32,000 bases of DNA from Candidatus Syntropharchaeum caldarium (GCA_001766815.1 LYOS01000001.1:210001-242000); one strand, 5' to 3'; positions 18,354-25,931 are shown, counted from the stretch's first letter. The notes: generated by a model not told the origin, from the sequence alone. Numbers and translations: made by a program.

Positions 18354-18401
18354 ACAGGTAAATTGTACTTGTTAGTTAAAAATGTTTTGTCTAATACTAT
18401 A

Positions 18402-18642
18402 CATTAATTTAAACATGATAGATCGTAAGATGATAGATAGGGATTTCAAGCGACTCGACTCTCTGATTAAACGATTACTGAAAAACAATTCTACTATATC
18501 TGGAGTTATCGTCACAACTGAGTATTTTGTAAAAGATGTCCAAGGGTACATTTATTCCCATAAGGCAAGAGTTATTAGAAATGAATGGGCAAAATACTCG
18601 CTACCATCAGAATTTGAAATAGTTGGAGAAAAAGGCAATTAA
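18402..18642 (+). CDS. AT-rich open frame abutting IS copy B; either the orphaned 3' end of a disrupted gene or a small hypothetical protein
   Basis: The frame is open through the IS/TA junction and ends at 18642 (...IDRDFKRLDSLIKRLLKNN...IVGEKGN*). The track's start at 18382 lies inside the IS terminus, so it is not a credible native start. Its composition matches the 14264 gene. Confidence 0.3.
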
Positions 18643-18647
18643 TTAAT

Positions 18648-18842
18648 GCGAAAGATTGCTTTGCGATTTTCGCACTACGCGCACTGTCGTTCGCTGTGTA
18701 TAACAGGAGTGCAGTGGAGCGATTTAACGCCTGGATTGAGTCATTCAAGAGGATACTGGTGAGATTCGAGCGGCTGGCGGTGTGCTTCATGGCGGCTGTC
18801 AATTTGGCATGCATCAGGATGGTACTGAGGGTTTTGAAATGA
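18648..18842 (+). pseudogene. C-terminal remnant of an IS5/IS4-type DDE transposase
   Basis: There is no start codon, and the frame is open only from 18618. The translation ...SFAVYNRSAVERFNAWIESFKRILVRFERLAVCFMAAVNLACIRMVLRVLK* matches the conserved Y-x-R-x-x-VE-x-F-x-x-K-x-F-R-x-x-x-R-(Y/F)-E(K/R) C-terminal signature of IS5-family transposases. Confidence 0.6.
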
Positions 18843-19072
18843 GTTCATTGTAATAACCGGCGGTGTGCTGGCAGTAATGTGAAGTTTCACCAGTGCAATT
18901 ATCTCTGCGCAGCGGAGTGTAAGCTTATGCCATGTTTCGCATAACCCATGTGCTTGGTGAGGCATACCGGTGCTTTTTGATGCCATCCAGGATCATCACA
19001 GTTCTCGCAAAGTTTTAAATACTACATGTTATATATATCTAACACAAGGTTAGAAATAAATAACTTCTGAAG

Positions 19073-19471
19073 GTGATGTGTATGGATAGAAAATATGGAT
19101 ATGGTCTGGCTCTGGGAATACTGATGTTGTTAGGGACGATTTTATCGTCTTTGCTGTGGAATAAATTGGATCCAACCATCGTTACAATAGCAATAACTGT
19201 GGGCATAATTTTGATCGCATCCATTCTCATCAGACTCATCAAATACAGAGATCTGCCTGAGAAGGATGAGAGGACGGTAAAAATATCTAATGCCGCGCTG
19301 AGCTATTCATGGTTTCTCACATTGATCTTTATTTCTGTGCTCTTCTGGGTGGACTATCTTGACGTCGTTGAGATGACCGTGGCAGAGGTGATTGGAGCTA
19401 TATACTTTGTGATGATCGCTCTTGCTCTTGTTTTTGTGCGGTATTTCAGCTGGAAGGGTGATGTGGAGTGA
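19073..19471 (+). CDS. DUF2178-like four-TM membrane protein
   Basis: 132 aa with four hydrophobic segments and a central RLIKYRDLPEKDERTVKISNAA loop. It sits beside a small XRE regulator, as is typical for this family in my recollection. The start is ambiguous (GTG 19073, ATG 19076 or ATG 19082). Confidence 0.45.
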   Translation: MMCMDRKYGYGLALGILMLLGTILSSLLWNKLDPTIVTIAITVGIILIASILIRLIKYRDLPEKDERTVKISNAALSYSWFLTLIFISVLFWVDYLDVVEMTVAEVIGAIYFVMIALALVFVRYFSWKGDVE

Positions 19472-19584
19472 GAATCAAACGAGATGAGAATATCCTGCGT
19501 TTTTTGGTACCGCCTATCTCATACCGTAGGGATCTGATCGTGGATTATGTTTCGATGATACCATAATCAAAGGGGCGAAATCGT

Positions 19585-19788
19585 GTGAAAACCCGAATTA
19601 AAGAATTACGAGCAAAGTTCAATCTCACACAGGGAGAACTCGCGAAAAAGGTGGGTGTCAGGCGGGAGACGATTGTATTTCTTGAGAAGGGGAAGTACAA
19701 TCCATCGCTCAAATTAGCTTACAATATTGCAAAGGTTTTTGGGGAAAGAATAGAGGATATTTTTATCTTTGATGAAGAGCAAAAGTGA
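19585..19788 (+). CDS. XRE-family (YozG-like) helix-turn-helix transcriptional regulator
   Basis: [48 protein letters not shown] is a classic Cro/C1 HTH. The ORF is 67 aa with a GTG start. Confidence 0.75.
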   Translation: MKTRIKELRAKFNLTQGELAKKVGVRRETIVFLEKGKYNPSLKLAYNIAKVFGERIEDIFIFDEEQK

Positions 19789-20090
19789 CCTCACCCCGGA
19801 TTACTGAACTGAGGATTGATGTGTAAAATTGCCTGTGAAAGATCTCCTGTGATCGCACTCAAAGACTCGGTTACAGATGTCATCGGCTGTTCCCAATGGA
19901 AAGATATTCACTGAGATACTGGCAAACTATAGCCAGGGGTTTCAGTATATCTATGAAGAAATCCTTGAATAGTTTGGCAGATGCGACGATATCGATTTTA
20001 CGTATCCCACGTGGCGGATTTCTGACAACCAGCGGGAAGGAAAGACCGGAAATCGTGGATGCGATTTAAAACTTAGCAGGTAGAGTTAGG

Positions 20091-20098
20091 TTTATATC
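20091..20098 (+). promoter_or_regulatory. TATA-like box upstream of 20120
   Basis: tttatatc lies 22-29 nt upstream of GTG 20120. This would imply a leaderless or very short-leader mRNA. Confidence 0.3.
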
Positions 20099-20119
20099 TC
20101 TCGACCAGAAGGTTCTTCT

Positions 20120-21463
20120 GTGGATATTGAAGGATATGCAAAGCGGATGCTTGGAAAGGATGTTTCTGCTGATGCCATCAAGAAAGAACTTTCAAAGCGG
20201 ATCATTGAAATAAAAGGCGACCGCGTAAGTGAGGATTATGCGATACAACTCGCAGAGGCCGTTATCAAAGAGGCAACTGCCACAATCAACCCGAAAGATG
20301 CTCTTCTGAAAAGTCCTGTCACGAATGTTACAATGGGTGAGTTTGGCGTTGGCTCTCGGGGCAGTGGCGACTTCTACCTGCATGAGAAGATCGGTGAACT
20401 CCTGGGCGAAACCTCGGCGGTCGTTGATTCGAGAGAGCTCGACGATTCAGGGGTTGTTGAGGGGGGTGGTGAGTTCATCGTTCTTACCGTGGATGGGATA
20501 CACTCAAGACTGAGCGACTATCCTTTCATTGCAGGATTTCATGTGGCCCGAGCAGCGCTGAGAGATATCTATGCGATGGGTGCAACACCTCTTGCCATGC
20601 TATCAGATATTCATCTCGCGGATGATGGCGATGTCGGAAAGATATTCGATCATATAGCAGGCATAGCGGCGATTTCAGAACTTACGGGCGTTCCACTTAT
20701 AACAGGGAGCACGCTTCGAATCGGTGGAGATATGGTGATCGGTGAGCGGATGACGGGTGCAGTGGGAGCGGTTGGAATCACGGATCGCATCACGGCAAGA
20801 AGAAGCGCAGAACCCGGAGACCTGATCCTTATGTCAGAGGGTGCAGGGGGTGGTACTATCTCCACGACCGCGCTGTACTATGGCGAGGAGGATATTGTCT
20901 GGGAGACGATGAATGTGAAATTTCTGGATGCATGCAGTGCGTTGATAGAGCACGGGCTCAATCGTGAGATCCATTCAATGAGCGATGTTACAAATGGCGG
21001 AATCAGAGGAGATGCAGCAGAGATTGCAAAGGTTGCAGGTGTTAAACTCCTCTTTTATGAGGATAAGATCCGGTCGCTTGTAAATCAAAGGGTCCTTGAC
21101 CTTCTTGAAAGGCACAGAATAGATTATCTTGGGGTATCACTCGATGCGCTGCTTGTTATATCTCCTCGTGATCTATCATCGAAGATACTCGACGTTGTGC
21201 ATGATGCTGGTGTCAGGATGGATGTGATTGGTGAGGTTACAGAGGGAAATGGCTCAAGAATTGTTATCGATGGCAAAGAGCTGGATTTCACTCCCAGATT
21301 CAGAGAATCTGCCTACACACCGATAAAGAAAGTCGTTGGCGAGGTCGCTACTCAGGACTTTGATGAGATGAAGAAGGAAGTGGATCGGGGGGTTGAGGAT
21401 GCAAAGAGGAAGAAGGATTGGGTTGTTGAGAGGGTGAAAGGCACACGCCCTCATTTAATTTAA
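20120..21463 (+). CDS. AIR synthase-related (PurM/HypE/ThiL superfamily) ATP-binding protein
   Basis: FIVLTVDGIHSRLSDYPFIAGFHVARAALRDIYAMGATPLAMLSDIHLADDG is the PurM-like N-domain signature, followed by a PurM C-domain. It may be a methanogen-marker-type paralogue, but I cannot confirm that. Confidence 0.6.
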   Translation: MDIEGYAKRMLGKDVSADAIKKELSKRIIEIKGDRVSEDYAIQLAEAVIKEATATINPKDALLKSPVTNVTMGEFGVGSRGSGDFYLHEKIGELLGETSAVVDSRELDDSGVVEGGGEFIVLTVDGIHSRLSDYPFIAGFHVARAALRDIYAMGATPLAMLSDIHLADDGDVGKIFDHIAGIAAISELTGVPLITGSTLRIGGDMVIGERMTGAVGAVGITDRITARRSAEPGDLILMSEGAGGGTISTTALYYGEEDIVWETMNVKFLDACSALIEHGLNREIHSMSDVTNGGIRGDAAEIAKVAGVKLLFYEDKIRSLVNQRVLDLLERHRIDYLGVSLDALLVISPRDLSSKILDVVHDAGVRMDVIGEVTEGNGSRIVIDGKELDFTPRFRESAYTPIKKVVGEVATQDFDEMKKEVDRGVEDAKRKKDWVVERVKGTRPHLI

Positions 21464-21534
21464 TTTTGTAACTTCACCTCAGATCATATCTATTTAACGT
21501 TACCATTGTGCCTGAAGCACGAGTGATTTCGATA

Positions 21535-21548
21535 AAGATATAAATAAT
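21535..21548 (+). promoter_or_regulatory. TATA-like box upstream of 21589
   Basis: aagatataaataat lies about 45 nt upstream of the ATG. The SD-like ggaggg sits at 21578-21583. Confidence 0.35.
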
Positions 21549-21588
21549 ATGGTGAAAAGTTAGTCAAGAATCTGATTGGAGGGAAATA

Positions 21589-22695
21589 ATGAAGCTTGTT
21601 GTTATTGGTTGTGGATTTGCGGGTGTTGAGGTTGTGGGAGCCATCAGAAAGTTGCTCTCAAAGGATGAACTCGAGATAACGATGATAGATCCTCGCACGA
21701 GGCTGGAATATCAGGCATCACACCCAGAGATCCTGAGTGGAAAGGTGACACCTGAAGAGATCTCCGGGGACTTAGCTAAATTTGCAGCAAAGCATGATGC
21801 AACGTTCGTGAACAAAGCGGTTGAGAGTGTTGATTTCGATAAGAAAGTTGTTAAAGTCGGGGAGGAGGAGATTCCTTATGACTATCTTGTGATCGCAACT
21901 GGAGGACAGTGTACTTTCTTTGGCGTACCTGGTGCAGACAAGTCCTACACCGTCAATACTCTTGCTGATGCAGTGAGAACAAGGAAAGCCCTTGAAAAAC
22001 TCGATCTGAACAAAGAAGTCAAGATCGCGGTCATCGGCGCAGGTTTAACCGGTGTTGAGGTTGTTGGAGAACTCAACGACTACTTCAAGGAGAAGAACGC
22101 CAAAAATGCCAAAATATATCTCATTGAAGCGATGGACAAAGTGTTACCTCCGTTCAAAGATAACGTATCCAATTATGTCAGGAAGTTCTTCGAGGATCGA
22201 GGTGTGGAGATTATGACCTCAAAAGGTGTAAAGAGCATAGATGGCGGCCATATTGTACTTGCTGATGGCACCGAACTCGATACCGATATGGTGATCTGGA
22301 CGTGCGGCATCCAGTGCTCTTCATTAGCAACCACTTTTGGCCTCGAGAACGTACGTGGCTGGATTGTTACCGATGAATACCTGCGGGCCAAGGGTAAGGA
22401 TGACGTCTTCGTGATCGGTGATGCGGCATCTGTTGAGATCGATGGCGTGCTCTGTGGTAAGAACGTCGAGGAGGCAGAGAAGCAGGGGCAGACCGCAGCT
22501 GTTAACATCGCAAACCTCATCAAAGGCAAGCCATTGAAGAAGTATAAACCTGTAAACACGGTCTCAGATCCACGCGCTTTCATATCGCTCGGAGAGAATA
22601 AAGCAGTGATGGTCTTCAAGGGCATGATGTTCAAATTCATGGCATACAGGCTCAAGAAGTTCATAGAGCACCACTACATGAAGCGGTTTGATTAA
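21589..22695 (+). CDS. FAD/NAD(P)-dependent oxidoreductase (NDH-2 / SQR-like pyridine nucleotide-disulfide oxidoreductase family)
   Basis: Two Rossmann motifs are present (VVIGCGFAGVEV and VIGAGLTGVEVVGEL), plus a C-terminal FVIGDAA motif. Confidence 0.7.
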   Translation: MKLVVIGCGFAGVEVVGAIRKLLSKDELEITMIDPRTRLEYQASHPEILSGKVTPEEISGDLAKFAAKHDATFVNKAVESVDFDKKVVKVGEEEIPYDYLVIATGGQCTFFGVPGADKSYTVNTLADAVRTRKALEKLDLNKEVKIAVIGAGLTGVEVVGELNDYFKEKNAKNAKIYLIEAMDKVLPPFKDNVSNYVRKFFEDRGVEIMTSKGVKSIDGGHIVLADGTELDTDMVIWTCGIQCSSLATTFGLENVRGWIVTDEYLRAKGKDDVFVIGDAASVEIDGVLCGKNVEEAEKQGQTAAVNIANLIKGKPLKKYKPVNTVSDPRAFISLGENKAVMVFKGMMFKFMAYRLKKFIEHHYMKRFD

Positions 22696-22748
22696 ATACC
22701 TTTCATACCATACTTGGCGGAGGTCGTAGAGTTCAGGTAGTCTATTCA

Positions 22749-23471
22749 TTGCAGGATCCTGCGGGGTCAACTATTGCATATGCCCTGAGAGAAAAAGGGA
22801 AGGAGGTGCTCGCTGTTAGTGAGAGCCTCCTTTATCTTGAGGATGTCCCGGATACTGATCTGATAATATTTGCGTCACGTCATAGCTCAGCGAGTAAGAC
22901 ACCATCTTTTACCGTTCATTCACCCGGCAATTTCCATCTGGCTGAGTTTGGAGGGGAACCTTTCACTCTTGGGATGGCTTCAGCGATCGCAAACCGCGTA
23001 TTTCTGGAAGAATTTCAGCGAAAAAGGTTTGGATTTGAGTCTTTTAATATTTCGCTCGAGGTTACCCACCATGGACCACTGCTCGGGGTTCCCTCAGTCT
23101 TTGTGGAGCTTGGAAGTTCAAGTGCAGAGTGGGAGAACATCGATGCGGCAAGGCTCGTTGCAGATGTGATTGTGAGCGGAATGAATCGGCTTGAAGAGAT
23201 GGAGGATCTTGAAGTGGGAATCGGTTTTGGTGGTGGGCATTATGCACCGAAGTTCACAAAGTACATCCTCAATGAGGAGTGTGCAGTATCTCATATCTGT
23301 CCAAACTATCATATGCAACACCTGAACAGAGATCTGATCGATGAGATGCTCAGAAAGACCGCAGAAGACGTCGAGGTTGCACTCATCGACTGGAAAGGTA
23401 TGAAAAAGATCGAAAGAGATCGATTGATCAAGATGCTCGATGAGATCGGGATTGATTGGAGGCGGATTTAG
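22749..23471 (+). CDS. dtdA: archaeal-type D-aminoacyl-tRNA deacylase
   Basis: IIFASRHSSASKTPSFTVHSPGN...EVTHHGP...FVELGSS..EW...GFGGGHYAPKFT matches my recollection of Pyrococcus DtdA. The first canonical start (TTG 22749) appears to cut off the conserved N-terminal strand (see findings). Confidence 0.75.
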   Translation: MQDPAGSTIAYALREKGKEVLAVSESLLYLEDVPDTDLIIFASRHSSASKTPSFTVHSPGNFHLAEFGGEPFTLGMASAIANRVFLEEFQRKRFGFESFNISLEVTHHGPLLGVPSVFVELGSSSAEWENIDAARLVADVIVSGMNRLEEMEDLEVGIGFGGGHYAPKFTKYILNEECAVSHICPNYHMQHLNRDLIDEMLRKTAEDVEVALIDWKGMKKIERDRLIKMLDEIGIDWRRI

Positions 23472-24091
23472 TCATACTTAAGCTCAATCCTGTCGATCTC
23501 ATTGAGTAGAATAATGATGCAGTGGTCTGTATGGAGGACATTGGGACTGAGAGAGATTTTCTGGGCACCAAATTCCTCCAGAATCTTCTCATCATCTGCG
23601 TTCACTCCGATATGATCCCCGAGTACAAAGAGCGTCTCTTTCTGAAGCAGACTTTCAAGACTTTCATGCATCTCTCTTATGTCACTGGCCATCTCATGAA
23701 GATATATGATATTATCAAAGTTTTCATCCTCGATTAGATCACGAAAGTCACCTCTCCGTATCGTGATCCCGGGCGTACTTCGCTGCACCATTCCTCTTTT
23801 AAGTCCAACTCCCTTTTTCAACGCTATCCTGAGTAGTGCCCCTGTACTCCGTTCATCTGGGTTTAGATGTCGGAGGTACCTCCCATCAAGTGTTATGATC
23901 TTTGGTGGATCCCCTTCTCCTCGCATCAGGAGGTGAAGACGAACATCTCGCCTGATTCCATGTGAAAGTAGAAATGCCGAATTTATCGATCTGCACAAAA
24001 TATCAATTCGCCCTGACGTTCCCGGGATATCATTCAGACTGAACTCAGGGGTCGTAAGCGCTCTGTTTCCGATCACCAGAATATGTTTCAC
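23468..24091 (-). CDS. trmY: tRNA (pseudouridine54-N1)-methyltransferase (SPOUT)
   Basis: FSLNDIPGTSGRIDILCRSINSAFLLSHGIRRDV...LNPDERS is the TrmY/DUF358 signature. I prefer GTG 24091 (MKHILVIGNR, 207 aa) to the track's ATG 24190, whose extension is hydrophobic junk covering the divergent promoter. Confidence 0.75.
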   Translation of the reverse strand: MKHILVIGNRALTTPEFSLNDIPGTSGRIDILCRSINSAFLLSHGIRRDVRLHLLMRGEGDPPKIITLDGRYLRHLNPDERSTGALLRIALKKGVGLKRGMVQRSTPGITIRRGDFRDLIEDENFDNIIYLHEMASDIREMHESLESLLQKETLFVLGDHIGVNADDEKILEEFGAQKISLSPNVLHTDHCIIILLNEIDRIELKYD

Positions 24092-24120
24092 ATCATCACT
24101 TCTGCAGGGACAAAGATAAA

Positions 24121-24150
24121 CTTTTATAGTGCAAAAAGATAGTATATATA
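24121..24150. promoter_or_regulatory. divergent promoter region (TATA-like boxes for trmY and the Sm gene)
   Basis: cttttatag (24121-9, which reads ctataaaag on the - strand) lies about 30-38 nt upstream of the GTG 24091 start. tatatata (24143-50) lies about 31-38 nt upstream of TTG 24181. Confidence 0.35.
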
Positions 24151-24180
24151 CAATTTGCGTGGCAAGGAGGAGAAGGGATA

Positions 24181-24402
24181 TTGTTTCCAAATAAGAAGGT
24201 CCAGACCTTGATTGGGCAGAAAGTTCAGGTGGAGATGAAAGGCGACAAAAACATACTTGAGGGCATTTTGGAGAGTGCAGATGACTATTTGAATCTTTAT
24301 CTAACCTCTACGACGGAGATTGCAGAGGGAGAACGAAAACGCGTCCTGGGGTCGGTAGTACTCAGAGGAAATAATATTGTACTGATAAACCCCGTCAGCT
24401 GA
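24181..24402 (+). CDS. Sm-like archaeal protein (LSm/SmAP)
   Basis: The Sm1/Sm2 motifs are present: VQVEMKGDKNILEGILESADDYLNLYL...VLGSVVLRGNNIVLINPV. The ORF is 73 aa. Confidence 0.8.
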   Translation: MFPNKKVQTLIGQKVQVEMKGDKNILEGILESADDYLNLYLTSTTEIAEGERKRVLGSVVLRGNNIVLINPVS

Positions 24403-24411
24403 GGTGATGTG

Positions 24412-24813
24412 ATGCTGGAGAACGTGATTCTGGATCTGATTGCATCAGAAGAAGGAACGGGCATCAGACAGAGTGATATCTGGAAGCAGATCGGGATCGA
24501 TAGCAGAACATGTTCGAGGATCATAACAAGGCTTGAAGACAAGGGTTTGATCATAAGAGAGTGGGAGACAGTTGGAAATACGCGAACCTATCGGGTATGG
24601 TTTGTCTCAAAGAAGGAGGACGACAAGGTCGAAGTAGAGCGTTTAATCCCATCTGAAAAGGCAGTACCTGAGGAAAGACCGATTTTGAGTGGTGCAAAAG
24701 ATTACACATTTCTTCTGGCAAACGATACACTTGCACCATGTATGAACTGCAACGATAAATGCACGCCAGAGACCTGTATCAAGCTCACTGAATGGATAAA
24801 CCTGCTGCTATGA
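24412..24813 (+). CDS. winged-helix DNA-binding protein with a C-terminal Cys cluster
   Basis: The wHTH-like segment is GIRQSDIWKQIGIDSRTCSRIITRLEDKGLIIREWE..GNTRTYRV. The C-terminus is CMNCNDKCTPETC. The start is 10 nt after the Sm stop, behind gaggtga. Confidence 0.45.
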   Translation: MLENVILDLIASEEGTGIRQSDIWKQIGIDSRTCSRIITRLEDKGLIIREWETVGNTRTYRVWFVSKKEDDKVEVERLIPSEKAVPEERPILSGAKDYTFLLANDTLAPCMNCNDKCTPETCIKLTEWINLLL

Positions 24814-24817
24814 ATCT

Positions 24818-25096
24818 ATGATTTCGGGTGAAGACGTAAAACATATGGGCTGGCTTTCAAGGATAAAAATTGAGAGTGATGACGCAGAGCGGCTTGCGAA
24901 AGAACTCGATACGATACTTGATTACTTTCAGGTTCTTGATAACGTGGATTCAGATCTCGCCCCCCTCCACCACGTACTGGAGTTATCCAATGTATTCAGA
25001 GATGATGAAATCACCGAATCACTCACAGCTGATGAAGCATTATCCAACACAAAGATGCGGGAGAATGGATACTTCAGGGTACCACGGATTTTGTAG
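24818..25096 (+). CDS. gatC: Asp/Glu-tRNA amidotransferase subunit C
   Basis: The sequence is ISGEDVKHMGWLSRIKIESDDAERLAKELDTILDYFQVLDNVD...VFRDDE. Length (92 aa) and motifs are typical of GatC. Confidence 0.8.
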   Translation: MISGEDVKHMGWLSRIKIESDDAERLAKELDTILDYFQVLDNVDSDLAPLHHVLELSNVFRDDEITESLTADEALSNTKMRENGYFRVPRIL

Positions 25097-25124
25097 AATT
25101 AATTGCAGCAGACCCGGTGATTGA

Positions 25125-25925
25125 GTGCGTGTGGCAGCAGTACAGATGCAGGTTGGGCAAAGCTTTGAAGAGAACCTTGAAGAGGCGAGGAAAAAAGTAA
25201 CTGAAGCCGCGATCAAGGGTGCAAAGGTTGTGGTACTTCCTGAGTATTTTTACCTTCCTCAGATGGGCGATCAACCACTTGAGACGGTTGCATCAGTGAC
25301 GTATGATCAGACCTTTGAACTACTGATGGCTTTATCGCATGAAAAGCAGATACTGCTTGCAGCATGTCTCATCGAACCTGATGCGCATTTATTGTACAAC
25401 ACGGCATTCATATTCAAGGATGGTGAACTGATCGGAAAGCAGCGGAAGGTGCACCTTACAGCAAAAGAGCTCGAACTTGGGATTTCTCGAGGAAACAGTT
25501 TTGATATTATCGAGATTGATCAGATGAAGGTGGGGGTACTTGTCTGTGCTGATGTATTATATCCTGAAGCGTGCAGGGTCCTCGGTATACTTGGCTGTGA
25601 TATCGTCTTCAATCCTGTTGTATCGTTCTATCATAATCCAGATATAACAAAGGGGGCAAGGGACTGCATCTTTATCTCAAGAGCTTTTGACAATACATAT
25701 TTTGTAATAAAAGCGAGTGGTGTTGGAAAAACTCCCTGGGGAGACAAGATCGTTGGAAGAAGCCTGATAGCATCACCATGGGGCGTTATTGAAAGATATA
25801 CCGATGAGAACCGCCCACAGATTCTGATCGCAGAACTCGACTTCCCACTCCTGAGGCGACTACGGGATGAGAATTACTCACTCACCGATCGAGTTAAGGA
25901 GGCGTACAAACCACTTTTTCGCTGA
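25125..25925 (+). CDS. carbon-nitrogen hydrolase (nitrilase-superfamily amidase)
   Basis: The Glu-Lys-Cys triad contexts are present: VVVLPEYF, GKQRKVHL, MKVGVLVCADVLYPE. The start is GTG. Confidence 0.8.
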   Translation: MRVAAVQMQVGQSFEENLEEARKKVTEAAIKGAKVVVLPEYFYLPQMGDQPLETVASVTYDQTFELLMALSHEKQILLAACLIEPDAHLLYNTAFIFKDGELIGKQRKVHLTAKELELGISRGNSFDIIEIDQMKVGVLVCADVLYPEACRVLGILGCDIVFNPVVSFYHNPDITKGARDCIFISRAFDNTYFVIKASGVGKTPWGDKIVGRSLIASPWGVIERYTDENRPQILIAELDFPLLRRLRDENYSLTDRVKEAYKPLFR

Positions 25926-25931
25926 TTCAAG

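Larger units (their letters stand above)
17319..18399 (-). mobile_element. IS630-family insertion sequence, copy B (1,081 bp)
   Basis: This is the mirror image of copy A, flanked by TA (17317-8) and TA (18400-1). orfA is intact (160 aa) and overlaps orfB by 29 nt. Confidence 0.85.
15446..18401. repeat. 2,956-bp near-perfect palindrome (arms 15446-16910 and 16938-18401, 27-nt unique loop 16911-16937)
   Basis: Reverse-complement comparison by eye, supported by identical mirrored ORFs in the track. The pairs are 15949-16509 with 17339-17899, 16128-16310 with 17538-17720, and 16611-16979 with 16926-17237. Confidence 0.9.

Noticed and set aside
24092-24190. N-terminal 33-codon extension of the trmY ORF (METISLLLLATQIVYILSFCTIKVYLCPCRSDD).
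   Set aside because: It is hydrophobic and non-conserved-looking, overlaps the divergent Sm promoter and the Sm start, and would make the SPOUT enzyme atypically long. GTG 24091 gives the family-typical N-terminus.
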